A stretch of 64,000 bases of DNA from Paenisporosarcina sp. (GCA_048976825.1 JBHGUT010000034.1:1129-65128); one strand, 5' to 3'. Positions 40,814 through 53,972 are shown, counted from the first letter of the stretch. Made by a program: numbers and translations. Notes: generated by a model not told the origin, from the letters alone.

Positions 40814-43800
40814 TTATTCGGCGCTCACAGCTACTTCAGTCTTGTCTTTATCTGCAACAATTTTGATTTGACGGTAACGTTGCATACCAGTACCCGCCGG
40901 AACGAGTTTCCCAATAATTACGTTTTCTTTCAAGCCAAGTAATTCGTCGCGTTTTCCTTTTATCGCCGCGTCTGTTAACACACGCGTTGTTTCTTGGAAT
41001 GACGCTGCAGATAAAAATGATTCTGTTTCGAGTGAAGCTTTTGTAATACCAAGAATAACTGGACGACATGTTGCAGGAATTTTCCCATTCAACACTGCCT
41101 CTTTATTCGCCTCAGCAAATTGGTGGATATCAAGCAATGAACCTGGTAACAAATCTGTTTCACCAGCTTCAATAACACGCACTTTACGAAGCATTTGGCG
41201 AACCATTACTTCAATGTGTTTGTCACCGATTTCTACCCCTTGCATACGGTATACTTTTTGAACTTCTTTCAACAAGTATTCTTGTACTGTTGAAACATCT
41301 TTAACTTTTAACAATTCTTTTGGATCAATTGAACCTTCTGTTAATACTTCACCACGGGTAATGACGTCATCCAATTGCACTTTCAAACGGCCATTATATG
41401 GTGATAAGTATTTACGAGTCTCAACTTCACCTTGAATTGTAATTTCTTTTTGACCTTCACGAATTTCTTCAATCTCTGTAATAACACCAGTGATTTCAGA
41501 AATAACCGCTTGACCTTTAGGATTACGAGCTTCGAAAATTTCTTGGATACGTGGAAGACCTTGTGTAATATCGTCTCCAGCAACCCCACCCGTATGGAAT
41601 GTACGCATCGTTAACTGAGTACCTGGTTCACCGATTGATTGCGCAGCAATAATACCAACTGCTTCCCCAACTTCAACGTTTTCACCTGTAGCTAAGTTCG
41701 TGCCGTAACATTTTTTACATACACCGTGTTTTGTATTACATGTGAAGGCAGATCGAATTGTTAATTCTTCGATACCAGCCTCTAAAATAACACGTGCAAC
41801 ATCTTCGGAGATTAAGCCATCTTTTGCCAATATAACTTTCTTGGTTTCTGGATGGAAAATCGTTTTTCTTGTGTGACGACCGACGATACGCTCATCAAAT
41901 CCTTCAATCACTTCTGTACCATCCATCAATGCTCCGATGAGTAAACCTCTGTCCGTTCCGCAATCATCCTCACGAACAATTACATCTTGCGCAACGTCAA
42001 CTAGACGACGAGTTAAATAACCAGAGTCAGCAGTTTTAAGGGCTGTATCCGCAAGACCTTTACGAGCACCATGCGTTGAGATGAAGTATTCAAGAACTGT
42101 TAAACCTTCACGGAATGATGATTTAATCGGAAGTTCGATAATTCGACCAGCCGGATTGGCCATCAGACCACGCATACCTGCAAGTTGAGTAAAGTTGGAT
42201 GCATTACCACGCGCTCCAGAGTCACTCATCATGAAGATTGGGTTCAAATTGTCTAATGATTTCATTAGTTTTTCTTGAATGACATCCTTCGCTTGACTCC
42301 AATAAGAAATTACACGATCATATCGCTCTTCTTCTGTAATCAACCCACGACGGAATTGTTTCATCACTTTATCCACTTTATCTTGTGCTTCTTCAAGAAC
42401 TTCACCTTTATCTGGAAGTACCACGATATCAGAGATACCAATTGTTATACCAGCCTTAGTTGAATATTTAAATCCAAGGTTTTTCATTCGGTCAAGCATT
42501 TTTGATGTTTCCGTAATGTGGAAACGTTTGAATACTTCCGCAATAATATTCCCTAAAATTTTCTTCTTGAATGGAGATATAAGTTCTGCTTCTTCAAAGT
42601 GCTTACGCACATCCAAAGTAGTTGGAACAAAATATTTAACCGGTGTTTCAATTTGTAGATTGAAATCAGTCGGTTCGTTAATGTATGGGAATGTTTCAGG
42701 CAAAATTTCATTAAAAATCACTTTACCTACCGTAGTCAATAACAACATTTTGTTTTGTTCTTCAGTAAATGTTTGGTTGTTCAATGAACCTGCGTTTATT
42801 GCAATACGTGTATGCAAGTGTGCATGTCCGTTTTGATAAGCAATCAACACTTCATTTGGACCGTAGAACGTAGTACCTTCACCTGTTGCCCCTTTACGCT
42901 CAAGTGTTAAGTAATAGTTTCCTAATACCATATCTTGAGAAGGTGTAACAACTGGTTTACCGTCTTTAGGATTCAAAATGTTTTGCGCTGCTAACATAAG
43001 TAAACGAGCTTCAGCTTGCGCTTCAGCTGATAACGGAACGTGAACTGCCATTTGGTCACCATCAAAGTCAGCATTGTAAGCTGTACATACCAATGGGTGA
43101 AGGCGAATCGCACGACCTTCTACTAATGTAGGTTCGAATGCTTGAATACCTAATCGGTGAAGCGTAGGTGCTCGGTTTAATAAAACCGGATGCTCCTTAA
43201 TTACGTCTTCTAATACATCCCAAACGTCTGAATTAAGACGTTCAATTTTACGTTTCGCACTCTTAATGTTGTGGGCTAAACCACGTTCAACTAGTTCTTT
43301 CATTACAAATGGTTTAAATAATTCAATAGCCATTTCTTTTGGAAGACCACATTGGTACATCTTCAAGTTTGGACCTACAACGATAACCGAACGACCAGAG
43401 TAGTCAACACGTTTACCAAGTAAGTTTTGACGGAAACGCCCTTGCTTACCTTTTAGCATGTGAGAAAGTGATTTTAATGGACGGTTACCCGGTCCAGTTA
43501 CTGGACGACCACGACGGCCATTGTCAATTAAAGCATCAACCGCTTCTTGTAACATACGTTTTTCATTTTGTACGATGATGCTAGGAGCACCAAGGTCTAA
43601 TAAACGTTTTAAACGATTGTTACGGTTAATCACACGACGATACAAGTCATTTAAATCTGAAGTTGCAAAACGCCCACCATCTAACTGAACCATTGGTCGT
43701 AGCTCTGGTGGAATGACTGGAAGTACATCTAAGATCATCCAATCCGGTTTGTTACCCGAATTACGGAATGACTCAACTACTTCTAAGCGCTTAATTGCAC

Positions 43801-44413
43801 GTGTACGGCGTTGACCTTGCACTGTTTTAAGCTCTTCCTTCAGCATTTCCGTTTCTTTTTCAAGATCAATTTCTTGAAGAAGACGTTTAATTGCTTCGGC
43901 ACCCATCGCTGCATAGAATTTTGTACCGAATTTTTCACGATACGCACGATATTCTTTCTCAGACAATAATTGTTTACGCTCAAGCGGTGTATCCGCAGGG
44001 TCTACAACTACATAAGAAGCAAAGTAAATAACTTCTTCTAATGAACGAGGAGACATATCCAAAATAAGTCCCATACGACTTGGAATTCCTTTGAAATACC
44101 AAATGTGTGATACAGGAGCAGCTAATTCAATATGCCCCATACGCTCACGACGTACTTTTGAACGTGTTACTTCTACGCCACAACGATCACATACAACACC
44201 TTTATAACGAACACGTTTATACTTTCCACAATGACATTCCCAGTCCTTTGTTGGACCAAAAATTCGCTCACAGAATAAACCATCTTTTTCTGGTTTTAGT
44301 GTACGGTAGTTAATCGTTTCAGGCTTTTTCACTTCACCATAAGACCAAGAACGAATCTTGTCAGGAGAAGCTAAACCAATTTTCATGTACTCAAAACTAT
44401 TTACATCTATCAA
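40814..44413 (-). CDS. rpoC: RNA polymerase beta' subunit
   Basis: NADFDGDQM; TTG start at 44413. Confidence 0.99.
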   Translation of the reverse strand: MIDVNSFEYMKIGLASPDKIRSWSYGEVKKPETINYRTLKPEKDGLFCERIFGPTKDWECHCGKYKRVRYKGVVCDRCGVEVTRSKVRRERMGHIELAAPVSHIWYFKGIPSRMGLILDMSPRSLEEVIYFASYVVVDPADTPLERKQLLSEKEYRAYREKFGTKFYAAMGAEAIKRLLQEIDLEKETEMLKEELKTVQGQRRTRAIKRLEVVESFRNSGNKPDWMILDVLPVIPPELRPMVQLDGGRFATSDLNDLYRRVINRNNRLKRLLDLGAPSIIVQNEKRMLQEAVDALIDNGRRGRPVTGPGNRPLKSLSHMLKGKQGRFRQNLLGKRVDYSGRSVIVVGPNLKMYQCGLPKEMAIELFKPFVMKELVERGLAHNIKSAKRKIERLNSDVWDVLEDVIKEHPVLLNRAPTLHRLGIQAFEPTLVEGRAIRLHPLVCTAYNADFDGDQMAVHVPLSAEAQAEARLLMLAAQNILNPKDGKPVVTPSQDMVLGNYYLTLERKGATGEGTTFYGPNEVLIAYQNGHAHLHTRIAINAGSLNNQTFTEEQNKMLLLTTVGKVIFNEILPETFPYINEPTDFNLQIETPVKYFVPTTLDVRKHFEEAELISPFKKKILGNIIAEVFKRFHITETSKMLDRMKNLGFKYSTKAGITIGISDIVVLPDKGEVLEEAQDKVDKVMKQFRRGLITEEERYDRVISYWSQAKDVIQEKLMKSLDNLNPIFMMSDSGARGNASNFTQLAGMRGLMANPAGRIIELPIKSSFREGLTVLEYFISTHGARKGLADTALKTADSGYLTRRLVDVAQDVIVREDDCGTDRGLLIGALMDGTEVIEGFDERIVGRHTRKTIFHPETKKVILAKDGLISEDVARVILEAGIEELTIRSAFTCNTKHGVCKKCYGTNLATGENVEVGEAVGIIAAQSIGEPGTQLTMRTFHTGGVAGDDITQGLPRIQEIFEARNPKGQAVISEITGVITEIEEIREGQKEITIQGEVETRKYLSPYNGRLKVQLDDVITRGEVLTEGSIDPKELLKVKDVSTVQEYLLKEVQKVYRMQGVEIGDKHIEVMVRQMLRKVRVIEAGETDLLPGSLLDIHQFAEANKEAVLNGKIPATCRPVILGITKASLETESFLSAASFQETTRVLTDAAIKGKRDELLGLKENVIIGKLVPAGTGMQRYRQIKIVADKDKTEVAVSAE

Positions 44414-44566
44414 GGAGCCTACCTCCCTTAGTCTGGGTCTATTAAAGACGTTATCCACTTAGCTCAGGCGGATATACCGTTGAAACGGAAATTCAGGCAG
44501 GTGATTTTACCCCTGCCTTTGTTCCCTCTAATTCATGTATGATTATTCGTTTTCACAAACAATTTA

Positions 44567-47500
44567 TTATTCCACAGAACCTACAGGTGTTTCACCATTG
44601 TTTATAGGCAAGATATTGAGTGCGTCAGTCGGTTGAAGATCATCCTCTTCATCTAAGTCACGCAGTTCAACTTCCTCATCATTGATGGTCATCATTTTAA
44701 CGTCCATCCCTAAACTTTGAAGTTCTTTGATTAATACCTTAAACGATTCAGGCAATCCTGGTTCTGGTACGCTTTCACCTTTAACAATGGCTTCGTATGT
44801 TTTCACACGACCAACCACGTCATCGGATTTCACTGTCAAGATTTCTTGAAGTGTATATGCCGCACCGTAAGCCTCAAGTGCCCAAACTTCCATCTCACCG
44901 AAACGTTGGCCACCGAATTGCGCTTTACCACCAAGCGGTTGTTGCGTCACTAATGAGTAAGGTCCAGTTGAACGTGCATGTAACTTATCGTCAACCATGT
45001 GGGCTAACTTAATCATATACATGACACCAACAGAAACACGGTTATCGAAAGGTTCACCAGAGCGACCATCATATAATGTCGTTTTTCCGTCTCGATTCAT
45101 ACCTGCTTCTTCCATGGTGTTCCAAACATCACTTTCATTAGCACCATCAAATACTGGTGATGCCATATGAATACCAAGTGCACGAGAAGCCATACCTAAG
45201 TGAAGCTCTAATACTTGACCGATGTTCATACGAGATGGAACCCCAAGCGGGTTTAACATGATATCTACTGGTGTACCATCAGGCATATATGGCATATCTT
45301 CTTCTGGAAGAATACGCGAGATAACACCTTTGTTACCATGACGTCCTGCCATTTTATCTCCAACAGAGATTTTACGTTTTTGAACGATGTATGCACGAAC
45401 CAACTGGTTTACACCAGGTGGTAACTCGTCGCCATCTTCACGATTAAACACTTTCACGTCGAGAATAATCCCACCAGCACCATGAGGTACACGTAGTGAT
45501 GTATCACGAACTTCACGTGCTTTTTCACCGAAGATTGCGTGTAACAAGCGTTCTTCTGCTGTTAATTCAGTAACCCCTTTAGGTGTTACTTTACCAACTA
45601 AAATGTCACCATCACGAACTTCCGCCCCTATACGAATGATGCCACGCTCGTCTAAATTGCGAAGTGCATCTTCCCCTACGTTAGGAATGTCACGTGTGAT
45701 TTCTTCCGGTCCAAGCTTCGTATCACGAGACTCAGATTCATATTCTTCAATATGAACAGATGTATAAACATCATCTTTTACAAGGCGCTCACTCATGATA
45801 ATCGCATCCTCGTAGTTATAACCTTCCCATGTCATGAAGGCAACGATAACGTTACGTCCAAGTGCCATTTCGCCTTTTTCCATTGAAGGGCCATCAGCTA
45901 ATATGTCACGTGGTTTTACGCGGTCACCAATCTTAACGATTGGACGTTGGTTATAACTCGTCCCTTGGTTAGATCGAATGAATTTTTGTAATTTGTATTT
46001 AGTTAAGTCACCCTTAACTTCTTTGCCATCGATTACTTCGATACGACGAACGCGAATCTGTTTTGCCTCCACGTGTTCAACGATTCCATCGAATTTTGCA
46101 ATAACAGCAGCGCCTGAATCACGTGCATTCGTGTGTTCCATCCCAGTTCCAACAAATGGAGCTTCTGGATTCAATAAAGGAACAGCTTGACGTTGCATGT
46201 TTGCACCCATTAGGGCACGGTTGGAGTCATCGTTTTCCAAGAAAGGAATACATGCTGTTGCAGCAGATACAACTTGTTTTGGAGAAACATCCATATAATC
46301 TATCGAGCTACGTTTGAATACGGTATTATCCCCGCGGAAACGACCAACAACTTCTTCATTGACGAACTCACCCTTATCTGAAAGACGAGAATTTGCTTGT
46401 GCAACTACATAGTTATCTTCTTCGTCAGCAGTTAAATAGTCAATTCGACTTGTAACTAGATTAGTTTCAGGATCAACACGACGGTAAGGTGTCTCAATGA
46501 ATCCAAATTTATTTACTTTCGCGAAACTTGAAAGTGAGTTAATTAACCCAATATTTGGTCCCTCAGGCGTTTCAATCGGGCACATACGTCCGTAGTGAGA
46601 ATAATGAACGTCACGAACTTCAAAGCCAGCGCGCTCACGTGTTAAACCACCAGGTCCTAATGCTGAAAGACGACGTTTGTGTGTCAATTCAGCTAAGGGA
46701 TTTGTTTGGTCCATGAATTGAGAAAGCTGTGAACTACCAAAGAATTCTTTAATTGACGCTATAACTGGTCGTATATTAATCAATTGCTGAGGTACGATTG
46801 ATTGTGTGTCGTTTATAGACATACGTTCACGTACTACACGTTCCATACGGGAAAGACCGATACGGAATTGATTTTGTAAAAGCTCTCCTACTGAACGTAA
46901 ACGACGGTTACCAAGATGATCAATATCATCTGTGTTTCCAACGTTATGAAGTAGGTTAAAGAAGTAACTAATAGAAGAAATAATGTCTGCAGGCGTGATG
47001 TTTTTGATTGCATCTTCCACATAAGCATTACTAATTACATTAATTTCTCGTTGAGCTTCATCATTTGGAGCGAAAATTTTAATAGATTGAAGCGTTATAT
47101 CACCATCTAAAACGCCACCAACTTGAGAGATTGTTTGGAATCCAATACCATTCTCTAAATGAGGGATTAGACGATCTAACATGCGACGATCAATAACTGT
47201 GCCTTTTTCAGCTAAAATTTCCCCAGTTTCTGGGTCAACTAGTGTTTCAGCAACTGTTTGATTAAACAAACGGTTTTTGATGTGCAGTTTTTTATTCATT
47301 TTGTAGCGACCTACATTCGCTAAATCATAGCGTTTCGGGTCGAAGAAACGAGAATACAACAGACTTTTCGCGCTTTCCACTGTTGGCGGCTCTCCTGGAC
47401 GAAGACGCTCATAAATTTCAAGCAACGCTTTTTCTGTGCTTTCCGTATTATCTTTTTCTAATGTATTACTTAAGTATTCGTTATCGCCAATAAGGTCGAT

Positions 47501-48121
47501 AATTTCTTGGTCTGAACCGAAACCAAGTGCACGTAATAGGACCGTTACCGGTAATTTTCGTGTACGATCGATACGAACATAAACAACGTCTTTCGCATCT
47601 GTTTCATATTCTAACCATGCACCACGGTTTGGAATAACCGTCGCACCGAAACCTTTTTTACCGTTTTTGTCCGTTTTATCATGGAAATAAACACTTGGTG
47701 AACGAACTAACTGAGAAACAATAACGCGTTCTGCGCCGTTAATGACGAAAGTACCAGTTTCGGTCATGAGTGGGAAATCACCCATGAAAACGTCTTGCTC
47801 TTTCACTTCATCTGTTTCTTTGTTGTGAAGACGCACTTTTACGCGAAGCGGAGCTGCGTATGTTACATCACGTTCTTTTGATTCATCGACTGGATACTTA
47901 GGATCACCCAAAGTATAATCGATAAACTCAAGTGAAAGATTACCTGTGAAATCCGCGATTGGAGAAATATCACGGAACATTTCACGTAAGCCTTCTTCAA
48001 GAAACCATTCGTAAGATGCTGTTTGAATTTCTATTAAATTCGGAAGTTCTAGCACCTCGCTGATACGCGCAAAACTTCTACGCTGACGGTGTTGTCCGTA
48101 TTGAACTAGTTGACCTGTCAA
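44567..48121 (-). CDS. rpoB: RNA polymerase beta subunit
   Basis: [22 protein letters not shown]. Confidence 0.99.
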   Translation of the reverse strand: MTGQLVQYGQHRQRRSFARISEVLELPNLIEIQTASYEWFLEEGLREMFRDISPIADFTGNLSLEFIDYTLGDPKYPVDESKERDVTYAAPLRVKVRLHNKETDEVKEQDVFMGDFPLMTETGTFVINGAERVIVSQLVRSPSVYFHDKTDKNGKKGFGATVIPNRGAWLEYETDAKDVVYVRIDRTRKLPVTVLLRALGFGSDQEIIDLIGDNEYLSNTLEKDNTESTEKALLEIYERLRPGEPPTVESAKSLLYSRFFDPKRYDLANVGRYKMNKKLHIKNRLFNQTVAETLVDPETGEILAEKGTVIDRRMLDRLIPHLENGIGFQTISQVGGVLDGDITLQSIKIFAPNDEAQREINVISNAYVEDAIKNITPADIISSISYFFNLLHNVGNTDDIDHLGNRRLRSVGELLQNQFRIGLSRMERVVRERMSINDTQSIVPQQLINIRPVIASIKEFFGSSQLSQFMDQTNPLAELTHKRRLSALGPGGLTRERAGFEVRDVHYSHYGRMCPIETPEGPNIGLINSLSSFAKVNKFGFIETPYRRVDPETNLVTSRIDYLTADEEDNYVVAQANSRLSDKGEFVNEEVVGRFRGDNTVFKRSSIDYMDVSPKQVVSAATACIPFLENDDSNRALMGANMQRQAVPLLNPEAPFVGTGMEHTNARDSGAAVIAKFDGIVEHVEAKQIRVRRIEVIDGKEVKGDLTKYKLQKFIRSNQGTSYNQRPIVKIGDRVKPRDILADGPSMEKGEMALGRNVIVAFMTWEGYNYEDAIIMSERLVKDDVYTSVHIEEYESESRDTKLGPEEITRDIPNVGEDALRNLDERGIIRIGAEVRDGDILVGKVTPKGVTELTAEERLLHAIFGEKAREVRDTSLRVPHGAGGIILDVKVFNREDGDELPPGVNQLVRAYIVQKRKISVGDKMAGRHGNKGVISRILPEEDMPYMPDGTPVDIMLNPLGVPSRMNIGQVLELHLGMASRALGIHMASPVFDGANESDVWNTMEEAGMNRDGKTTLYDGRSGEPFDNRVSVGVMYMIKLAHMVDDKLHARSTGPYSLVTQQPLGGKAQFGGQRFGEMEVWALEAYGAAYTLQEILTVKSDDVVGRVKTYEAIVKGESVPEPGLPESFKVLIKELQSLGMDVKMMTINDEEVELRDLDEEDDLQPTDALNILPINNGETPVGSVE

Positions 48122-48327
48122 CTCATTCACCCCTCAATAAAGCAATATTAGGTCTTTTCGGAACAACATATATAGTGTATGATGTCGAAAAGACAAAAAG
48201 AAAACGAGTTCTAAAAAAAGAGCTCATTTTCGGTTAACTTAGCTTATTCTTGGTAAGTATACCCACCTATAAATTACCTTTATACAAAAGGGCACACGAC
48301 CACAAAATAATATTTTTGCATTTTATT

Positions 48328-48356
48328 ATAATATCATAGCGATTTTGTCAAGTCAA
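48328..48356 (-). promoter_or_regulatory. Putative sigma-A promoter of rpoB
   Basis: TTGACT-N17-TATTAT with TG extension. Confidence 0.6.
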
Positions 48357-48964
48357 TAATCATTTGACTTTGTAGCTTTAATAATCCAATAGCCTTTTAC
48401 CCTGTCAATCACTTCAACTTGACCAAAAATTTCTTCTAACTTATCAAAAGTAGACGGAGCTCCCTGTTTCTTCTGAATGACCACCCACAATTCTCCCCCA
48501 ACACGTAATTTCGTATAAGCATCTTGATAGAAACGAAAAATCGTTTCTTTGCCTGCTCGAATCGGCGGGTTTGTTAAAATTGCAGCAAATTCATTTTCAG
48601 TGACATCAGTTAAACCATCACTCTCATATATTCGTACATTTTGTACCCCGTTACCTTCCGCATTCTTTTGCGAAAGTTGTATAGCACGTTCGTTGATATC
48701 TACCATATGAACAATACGATCTACCGCAGTCTTCGCAATTGATAAACCAATCGGCCCATAACCACATCCAACGTCAAGCACATCTCCCGTAATTGCAGGA
48801 ATTTCAAATGTATCAATTAAAACACGGGATCCAAAATCTACTTCGCTTTTACTAAAAACCCCTGTGTCTGTTACAAAATTAAACACGTTTCCACGAAGTG
48901 TATAACTCCATACCATGGGTTTGCTAGCTGTTTGAGGTTTTTTAGAATAATAATGTTCTGCCAT
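48353..48964 (-). CDS. ybxB: Class I SAM methyltransferase YbxB (RsmC-like)
   Basis: GVFSK..VDFGS, LDVGCGYG, TNPPIRAGK. Confidence 0.93.
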   Translation of the reverse strand: MAEHYYSKKPQTASKPMVWSYTLRGNVFNFVTDTGVFSKSEVDFGSRVLIDTFEIPAITGDVLDVGCGYGPIGLSIAKTAVDRIVHMVDINERAIQLSQKNAEGNGVQNVRIYESDGLTDVTENEFAAILTNPPIRAGKETIFRFYQDAYTKLRVGGELWVVIQKKQGAPSTFDKLEEIFGQVEVIDRVKGYWIIKATKSNDY

Positions 48965-49042
48965 CCGGGCACCCTCCAACCTGTTAAATGAAGAAAAAGC
49001 CCGCCGATTACTGACGAGCTTTCAACTACTTATTAATCGAAA

Positions 49043-49405
49043 TTATTTAACTTCTACAGAAGCGCCAACTTCATCAAGTTTACCTTTGATTTCTTCAGCT
49101 TCTTCTTTAGTTACGCCTTCTTTAAGAGCTTTAGGAGCGTTGTCTACAACTTCTTTAGCTTCTTTTAGACCTAATCCAGTGATTTCACGAACCACTTTGA
49201 TTACTTTGATTTTTTGATCTCCTGCAGAAGTAAGGATTACATCAAATTCAGTTTTTTCTTCTTCAGCAGCAGCACCGCCACCAGCAGCCATAGCCATTGG
49301 TGCAGCAGCTGTAACGCCAAATTCTTCTTCGATTGCTTTTACTAAGTCGTTTAATTCAAGAACTGTCATACCTTTAATTGCTTCTAAGATTTGCTCGTTG
49401 TTCAT
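49043..49405 (-). CDS. rplL: 50S ribosomal protein L7/L12
   Basis: [20 protein letters not shown]. Confidence 0.99.
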   Translation of the reverse strand: MNNEQILEAIKGMTVLELNDLVKAIEEEFGVTAAAPMAMAAGGGAAAEEEKTEFDVILTSAGDQKIKVIKVVREITGLGLKEAKEVVDNAPKALKEGVTKEEAEEIKGKLDEVGASVEVK

Positions 49406-49481
49406 TGTATGGTTCCTCCTAATAGGAATATTTTTTGTTTTGGGTAAATCCCAGTGTTAAACAGCTAAGCCGTGTAATAAA

Positions 49482-49982
49482 TTACGCGCCTTGCTCTTCT
49501 TTTTGTTCTGCAACTGCTTTTGTAACAAGAGCGAAGTTGCGCATTGGAGCTTGAAGTACGCTGAGTAGCATAGACAACAAACCTTCGCGAGAAGGAAGCT
49601 CTGCAAGTGCTTTAATATCATCAGCAGATGCGATTGTACCTTCGATCACACCAGCTTTGATTTCAAGCTTTTCGTTCTTTTTAGCGAAATCGTTTAGGAT
49701 TTTCGCTGGCGCTACTACATCTTCATTAGAAAATGCAATTGCGTTTGGACCTGTCAGGTGTTCATTCAACCCTTCAAGACCGGCTACTTCTGTCGCACGG
49801 CGAGTCATTGTGTTTTTGTAAACTTTGAACTCAACGCCCGCTTCACGAAGTTGCTTACGAAGTTCAGTTAATTGAGTAACGTTTAATCCACGGTAGTCAA
49901 CTACTACAACAGTTGCAGCACCTTTGAACTTTTCAGTAATCTCTTCAACGCGAACTTGTTTAGTTTCGATAGCTTTGCTCAT
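49482..49982 (-). CDS. rplJ: 50S ribosomal protein L10
   Basis: [19 protein letters not shown]. Confidence 0.99.
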   Translation of the reverse strand: MSKAIETKQVRVEEITEKFKGAATVVVVDYRGLNVTQLTELRKQLREAGVEFKVYKNTMTRRATEVAGLEGLNEHLTGPNAIAFSNEDVVAPAKILNDFAKKNEKLEIKAGVIEGTIASADDIKALAELPSREGLLSMLLSVLQAPMRNFALVTKAVAEQKEEQGA

Positions 49983-50014
49983 CTTGACACCTCCTATTAG
50001 AATGAGTCACTTAT

Positions 50015-50155
50015 ACCGGCAAAAAGAAAAGCCCCTGGTCTACATAACATAGACACAGAGGCTGAAACGTCATCTTAAAATAAAGAATTCGAATGCGCTT
50101 GTCCTCGGTAGGATCATTATGCGACAAGTCGCCCCTACTGTCTACGGTACAAATG
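50015..50155 (-). promoter_or_regulatory. L10 leader RNA with attenuator hairpin
   Basis: ACCGTAGACAGTAGG...TAAT..CCTACCGAGG core and downstream hairpin plus T-tract. Confidence 0.85.
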
Positions 50156-50175
50156 AATGATTCACAACAAAAATC

Positions 50176-50204
50176 ATCTTAACAGATGGTTATTTTATTG
50201 TCAA
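50176..50204 (-). promoter_or_regulatory. sigma-A promoter of rplJL
   Basis: TTGACA-N17-TAAGAT with TG extension. Confidence 0.8.
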
Positions 50205-50206
50205 CC

Positions 50207-50908
50207 TTATTTAGATACTTTTACAGCAGATGCGTCAACTTTTACAGAAGGACCCATTGTTGTTGTAATGTTAACAGATTTCATGTAAGTACCTTTTGAT
50301 GCCGATGGCTTCGCTTTTTGTACTACATCAAATACTGCTAAGAAGTTTTCTACTAACTTATTGTCATCGAATGAAACTTTTCCGATTGGCGCATGAATGA
50401 TACCAGCTTTATCAGCACGGTATTCAACTTTACCAGCCTTGATTTCTTCGATTGCTTTAGTTACGTCGAAAGTTACTGTACCTGTTTTTGGATTCGGCAT
50501 TAAGCCTTTTGGTCCAAGTACACGACCTAATTTACCAACTTCACCCATCATGTCAGGAGTAGCTACGATTACATCGAAGTCAAACCATCCTTGTTGGATT
50601 TTAGTGATATATTCTGCATCGCCAACAAAGTCAGCACCAGCAGCTTCAGCTTCTTTTAATTTTTCGCCTTTAGCGAAAACTAATACACGTTGAGTTTTAC
50701 CAGTTCCGTTTGGAAGTACAACTGCTCCACGGATTTGTTGGTCATTTTTACGTGTATCGATTCCAAGTTTGAATGCTACTTCAACAGTTGCGTCAAAGTT
50801 AACAGTACTTGTTTTTTTAGCAAGCTCTACCGCTTCTTGAGCAGAATAGAACGTGTTACGGTCTACTAATTTCGCTGCTTCTTGCAACTTTTTACCTTTT
50901 TTAGCCAT
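50207..50908 (-). CDS. rplA: 50S ribosomal protein L1
   Basis: [16 protein letters not shown]. Confidence 0.99.
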   Translation of the reverse strand: MAKKGKKLQEAAKLVDRNTFYSAQEAVELAKKTSTVNFDATVEVAFKLGIDTRKNDQQIRGAVVLPNGTGKTQRVLVFAKGEKLKEAEAAGADFVGDAEYITKIQQGWFDFDVIVATPDMMGEVGKLGRVLGPKGLMPNPKTGTVTFDVTKAIEEIKAGKVEYRADKAGIIHAPIGKVSFDDNKLVENFLAVFDVVQKAKPSASKGTYMKSVNITTTMGPSVKVDASAVKVSK

Positions 50909-50924
50909 TGTAAAATGTCCTCCT

Positions 50925-50960
50925 TGATTGTGGTCTTAACGGATTAAACCTCCCACGAAT
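50925..50960 (-). promoter_or_regulatory. L1-binding leader upstream of rplA
   Basis: GTGGGAGG...CCGTTAAGACCAC. Confidence 0.65.
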
Positions 50961-51027
50961 AAAGGTTGCGTGTCCAATTTGAACATTCGCAACCCTCCAA
51001 AAACAATGCATCATCAAGTGCAAGGGA

Positions 51028-51453
51028 TTAGTCTTCGATCGTAATACCCATGCTGCGCGCAGTACCTTCAACCATCAACATAGCCGCTTCGACTGATGCT
51101 GCGTTAAGATCTGGCATTTTTTGTTCAGCGATTTCGCGAACTTTATCACGCTTCACCGTTGCAACTTTTTTGCGGTTTGGTTCACCAGAACCTGACTGGA
51201 TACCAGCCGCCACTTTAAGTAATACTGCTGCGGGTGGAGTTTTTGTAATGAATGTAAATGAACGGTCTTCAAATACAGAAATTTCAACAGGGATAATTAG
51301 TCCAGCTTGATCTGCCGTACGTGCGTTGAACTCCTTACAGAATCCCATGATGTTAACACCTGCTTGACCCAATGCTGGACCAACCGGCGGCGCTGGATTT
51401 GCTTTACCAGCAGGAATTTGTAATTTTACCATTTTAATAACTTTTTTAGCCAC
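51028..51453 (-). CDS. rplK: 50S ribosomal protein L11
   Basis: [13 protein letters not shown]; GTG start at 51453. Confidence 0.99.
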   Translation of the reverse strand: MAKKVIKMVKLQIPAGKANPAPPVGPALGQAGVNIMGFCKEFNARTADQAGLIIPVEISVFEDRSFTFITKTPPAAVLLKVAAGIQSGSGEPNRKKVATVKRDKVREIAEQKMPDLNAASVEAAMLMVEGTARSMGITIED

Positions 51454-51477
51454 GAGACACACCTCCTTAAGTCCGTG

Positions 51478-51506
51478 ATGTGGTAATAGGGTTGCCCCTC
51501 CCACTC
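51478..51506 (-). promoter_or_regulatory. L1-binding-type leader upstream of rplK
   Basis: GTGGGAGGGGCAACCCTATTACCAC, same architecture as the rplA leader. Confidence 0.6.
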
Positions 51507-51586
51507 AAATATCTGTCCTGTCAGCTAATAGCCGATAACATGAGCTAAATTTTGCAGACTATCACAAGTACAGTCTGACCTTTGAA

Positions 51587-51615
51587 ATAATACCACTTTT
51601 ACAAAACTTTCGCAA
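51587..51615 (-). promoter_or_regulatory. sigma-A promoter of rplK
   Basis: TTGCGA-N17-TATTAT with TG extension. Confidence 0.7.
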
Positions 51616-51624
51616 GTAGCAAAA

Positions 51625-52158
51625 TTATATTTTGTGAACTTGATCAAAGTCGAGTTCCATTTTCGTTTCGCGACCAAACATGTCGACAGAAACTTTTAAT
51701 TTCCCTTTGGCTTCATCAATTTCTTCCACTTTACCTTGGAAGTGCGCAAATGGCCCTTCTAATACTTCTACCATTTCACTTACTGTAAACTCAGCTACAG
51801 CTTTGCGCTCGGTCATACCCATTTGTTTTAAAATAAAATCAACTTCCTCAGGTAATAACGGAGTTGGTTTTGCTCCTCCACCTGAAGAGCCGATGAATCC
51901 TGTAACACCTGGTGTATTACGAACAACATACCAAGAATCATCAGTCATAATTAATTCCACTAAAACATAACCTGGAAATGTTTTGCGCATAACAACACGC
52001 TTTTTACCATCTTTAAAATCTGTTTCTTGTTCTTCCGGGATTATCACACGGAAGATCAAGTCTGACATACCCATTGTTTCAACACGCTTTTCTAAATTTG
52101 CTTTAACTTTATTTTCGTATCCAGAATACGTGTGTACTACATACCAATTCTTTTCCAT
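51625..52158 (-). CDS. nusG: Transcription factor NusG
   Basis: WYVVHTYSGYENKV, FPGYVLV, KOW. Confidence 0.99.
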   Translation of the reverse strand: MEKNWYVVHTYSGYENKVKANLEKRVETMGMSDLIFRVIIPEEQETDFKDGKKRVVMRKTFPGYVLVELIMTDDSWYVVRNTPGVTGFIGSSGGGAKPTPLLPEEVDFILKQMGMTERKAVAEFTVSEMVEVLEGPFAHFQGKVEEIDEAKGKLKVSVDMFGRETKMELDFDQVHKI

Positions 52159-52261
52159 CTGAGTAGGACTAAGCGTCCGTCCCTCCTTTTCTTAGACAAA
52201 TGAAAAAACCCGTTCGCAGAATAAGACGGGCTATTTTCAAAAAGTACTTTCTGATATCAAA

Positions 52262-52447
52262 TTACAGAGCAAGAAACCATCGTAACGCTTCAGAAATCCC
52301 TAAATCTATTAGTGCAAAAAACAAAGCCATAACTACAACCGTTGAAAGAACAATAACAGTATAACGAGTTAATTCTTTTCGTTTAGGCCAACTAACTTTT
52401 CTCATTTCTGAGACTACATTATTGAAAAAACCACTAATATTAGCCAT
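52262..52447 (-). CDS. secE: Preprotein translocase SecE
   Basis: EMRKVSWP.RKEL. Confidence 0.98.
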   Translation of the reverse strand: MANISGFFNNVVSEMRKVSWPKRKELTRYTVIVLSTVVVMALFFALIDLGISEALRWFLAL

Positions 52448-52503
52448 TCTTATTACCCTCCGAATTACGTATATCTATATTTATCTAATTCACGTGACGA
52501 GCA

Positions 52504-52653
52504 TTATAACGTTTGTTTATGAAGTGTGTGCGCTTTACAATGTGAACAGAACTTTTTGAGTTCCAAACGCTCGGATGAGCTCTCTTTTGAAGATGGTACC
52601 GTATAATTTCTGGAACCACATTGCGAACAACTTAATACCACTTTTTCAACCAT
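52504..52653 (-). CDS. rpmG: 50S ribosomal protein L33 (Zn-binding type)
   Basis: CSQC..RNY...LELKKFCSHC; ATG at 52653. Confidence 0.97.
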   Translation of the reverse strand: MVEKVVLSCSQCGSRNYTVPSSKESSSERLELKKFCSHCKAHTLHKQTL

Positions 52654-52688
52654 ATTCTCACCTTTTTTTAGTTCATGAGTATTGTTAA

Positions 52689-52717
52689 AGACTATCATCT
52701 CGTGAAAAGACTGTCAA
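52689..52717 (-). promoter_or_regulatory. sigma-A promoter of rpmG-secE
   Basis: TTGACA-N17-TAGTCT with TG extension. Confidence 0.6.
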
Positions 52718-52735
52718 CAAGCGTTCGTTATGGGT

Positions 52736-53383
52736 CTAGTGAACACCATTAATTTCAATATGGCGTTCCAATTTACGTTTTACACGTTGCAGGGCATTAT
52801 CAATTGATTTCACATGTCGATTTAACTCTTCGGAAATCTCGTGATAAGATTGTCCATCCAAATACAATGCTAGCACTTGCCTCTCAAGCTCACTTAATAT
52901 TTCCGCCATTTTCTCTTCCATATAATTAAAATCTTCCCGATGTATCATAAGTTCTTCCGGGTCGTCAATGACCGAACCTGAAATTACATCCATCAATGTA
53001 CGATCTGATTCCTCATCATATATCGGTTTGTCTAGTGATACATAAGAATTTAATGGAATGTGTTTTTGACGGGTTGCCGTTTTAATCGCAGTAATTATTT
53101 GTCGTGTAATACAAAGCTCAGCAAAAGCACGGAACGATGATAGCTTGTCCCCTCTAAAATCCCGAATAGATTTATAAAGTCCTATCATTCCTTCTTGAAT
53201 GATGTCTTCTTTATCTGCCCCGATTAAAAAGTATGACCTTGCTTTCATACGAACAAAAGAACGGAATTTCGTAATAAGAAAATCCAGTGCATCCGTATTT
53301 CCGTTGTGGACCAACTCCACAATCTCTTCATCTAGTAAAGTCTCAAATTGGTGCAGCTTTAAGTGTACATGGTCGCCATTCAT
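52736..53383 (-). CDS. sigH: RNA polymerase sigma-H factor
   Basis: YFLIGADKEDIIQEGMIGL, ATRQKHIPLNSY, KSIDNALQR; start trimmed to RBS. Confidence 0.97.
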   Translation of the reverse strand: MNGDHVHLKLHQFETLLDEEIVELVHNGNTDALDFLITKFRSFVRMKARSYFLIGADKEDIIQEGMIGLYKSIRDFRGDKLSSFRAFAELCITRQIITAIKTATRQKHIPLNSYVSLDKPIYDEESDRTLMDVISGSVIDDPEELMIHREDFNYMEEKMAEILSELERQVLALYLDGQSYHEISEELNRHVKSIDNALQRVKRKLERHIEINGVH

Positions 53384-53456
53384 CAACTGTATCACCTCTG
53401 CCCTAACTGCGTAGTTAGTCCTAGTATACAGGATGTGGAAATCGAGCGTCAACGGC

Positions 53457-53966
53457 TCATTTGATTCCTCTTCTCCATTTTTCGAAAATTTCCGCAATTT
53501 CCTCGGTTAGAGGAATCTTTGAAAACGGGCGCTGGTCTTGAATTGCTTTCACTTTTTTCGTAATACTTGATTGAACGAGTTCCATCTCAATTTCTAATTC
53601 TCGGGCAGATTTTCGTAGTGCACCTTGAGCAAAAATAACCCATTGTTCCGTCAAATCGGAGGTTGCAACATGTATTTGATCACGTCGAGTCGCTAATAGG
53701 GAAGTTAACTTTTCAATTCGTTCATCTGCTGTTTCATTTTCCCGTGTGAAAATGACTTCCACTTCATGTTGTTTTTTCTTTTTTTCGATTCCAGGGACCA
53801 AATGAGCATCAAAAACTACAATTACCCGCCAACCGGAGAACGCTTGATACTCAGCCATCATTTCAATCAAGCGATCCCTTGCATCAACGAGCTTGTCCGC
53901 TTTTAATGCGCGTAGTTCTTTCCATGCGCCGATGATGTTATAACCATCGACGAGCAAAATGTCCAT
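53457..53966 (-). CDS. rae1: NYN-domain ribosome-dependent endoribonuclease Rae1 (YacP)
   Basis: LLVDGYNIIGAW, VVFDA, ETADE, VATSD. Confidence 0.95.
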   Translation of the reverse strand: MDILLVDGYNIIGAWKELRALKADKLVDARDRLIEMMAEYQAFSGWRVIVVFDAHLVPGIEKKKKQHEVEVIFTRENETADERIEKLTSLLATRRDQIHVATSDLTEQWVIFAQGALRKSARELEIEMELVQSSITKKVKAIQDQRPFSKIPLTEEIAEIFEKWRRGIK

Positions 53967-53972
53967 ATGCAG

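Noticed and set aside
46640-46760. RpoB rifampicin-resistance cluster
   Set aside because: [26 protein letters not shown] is the sensitive-type sequence.
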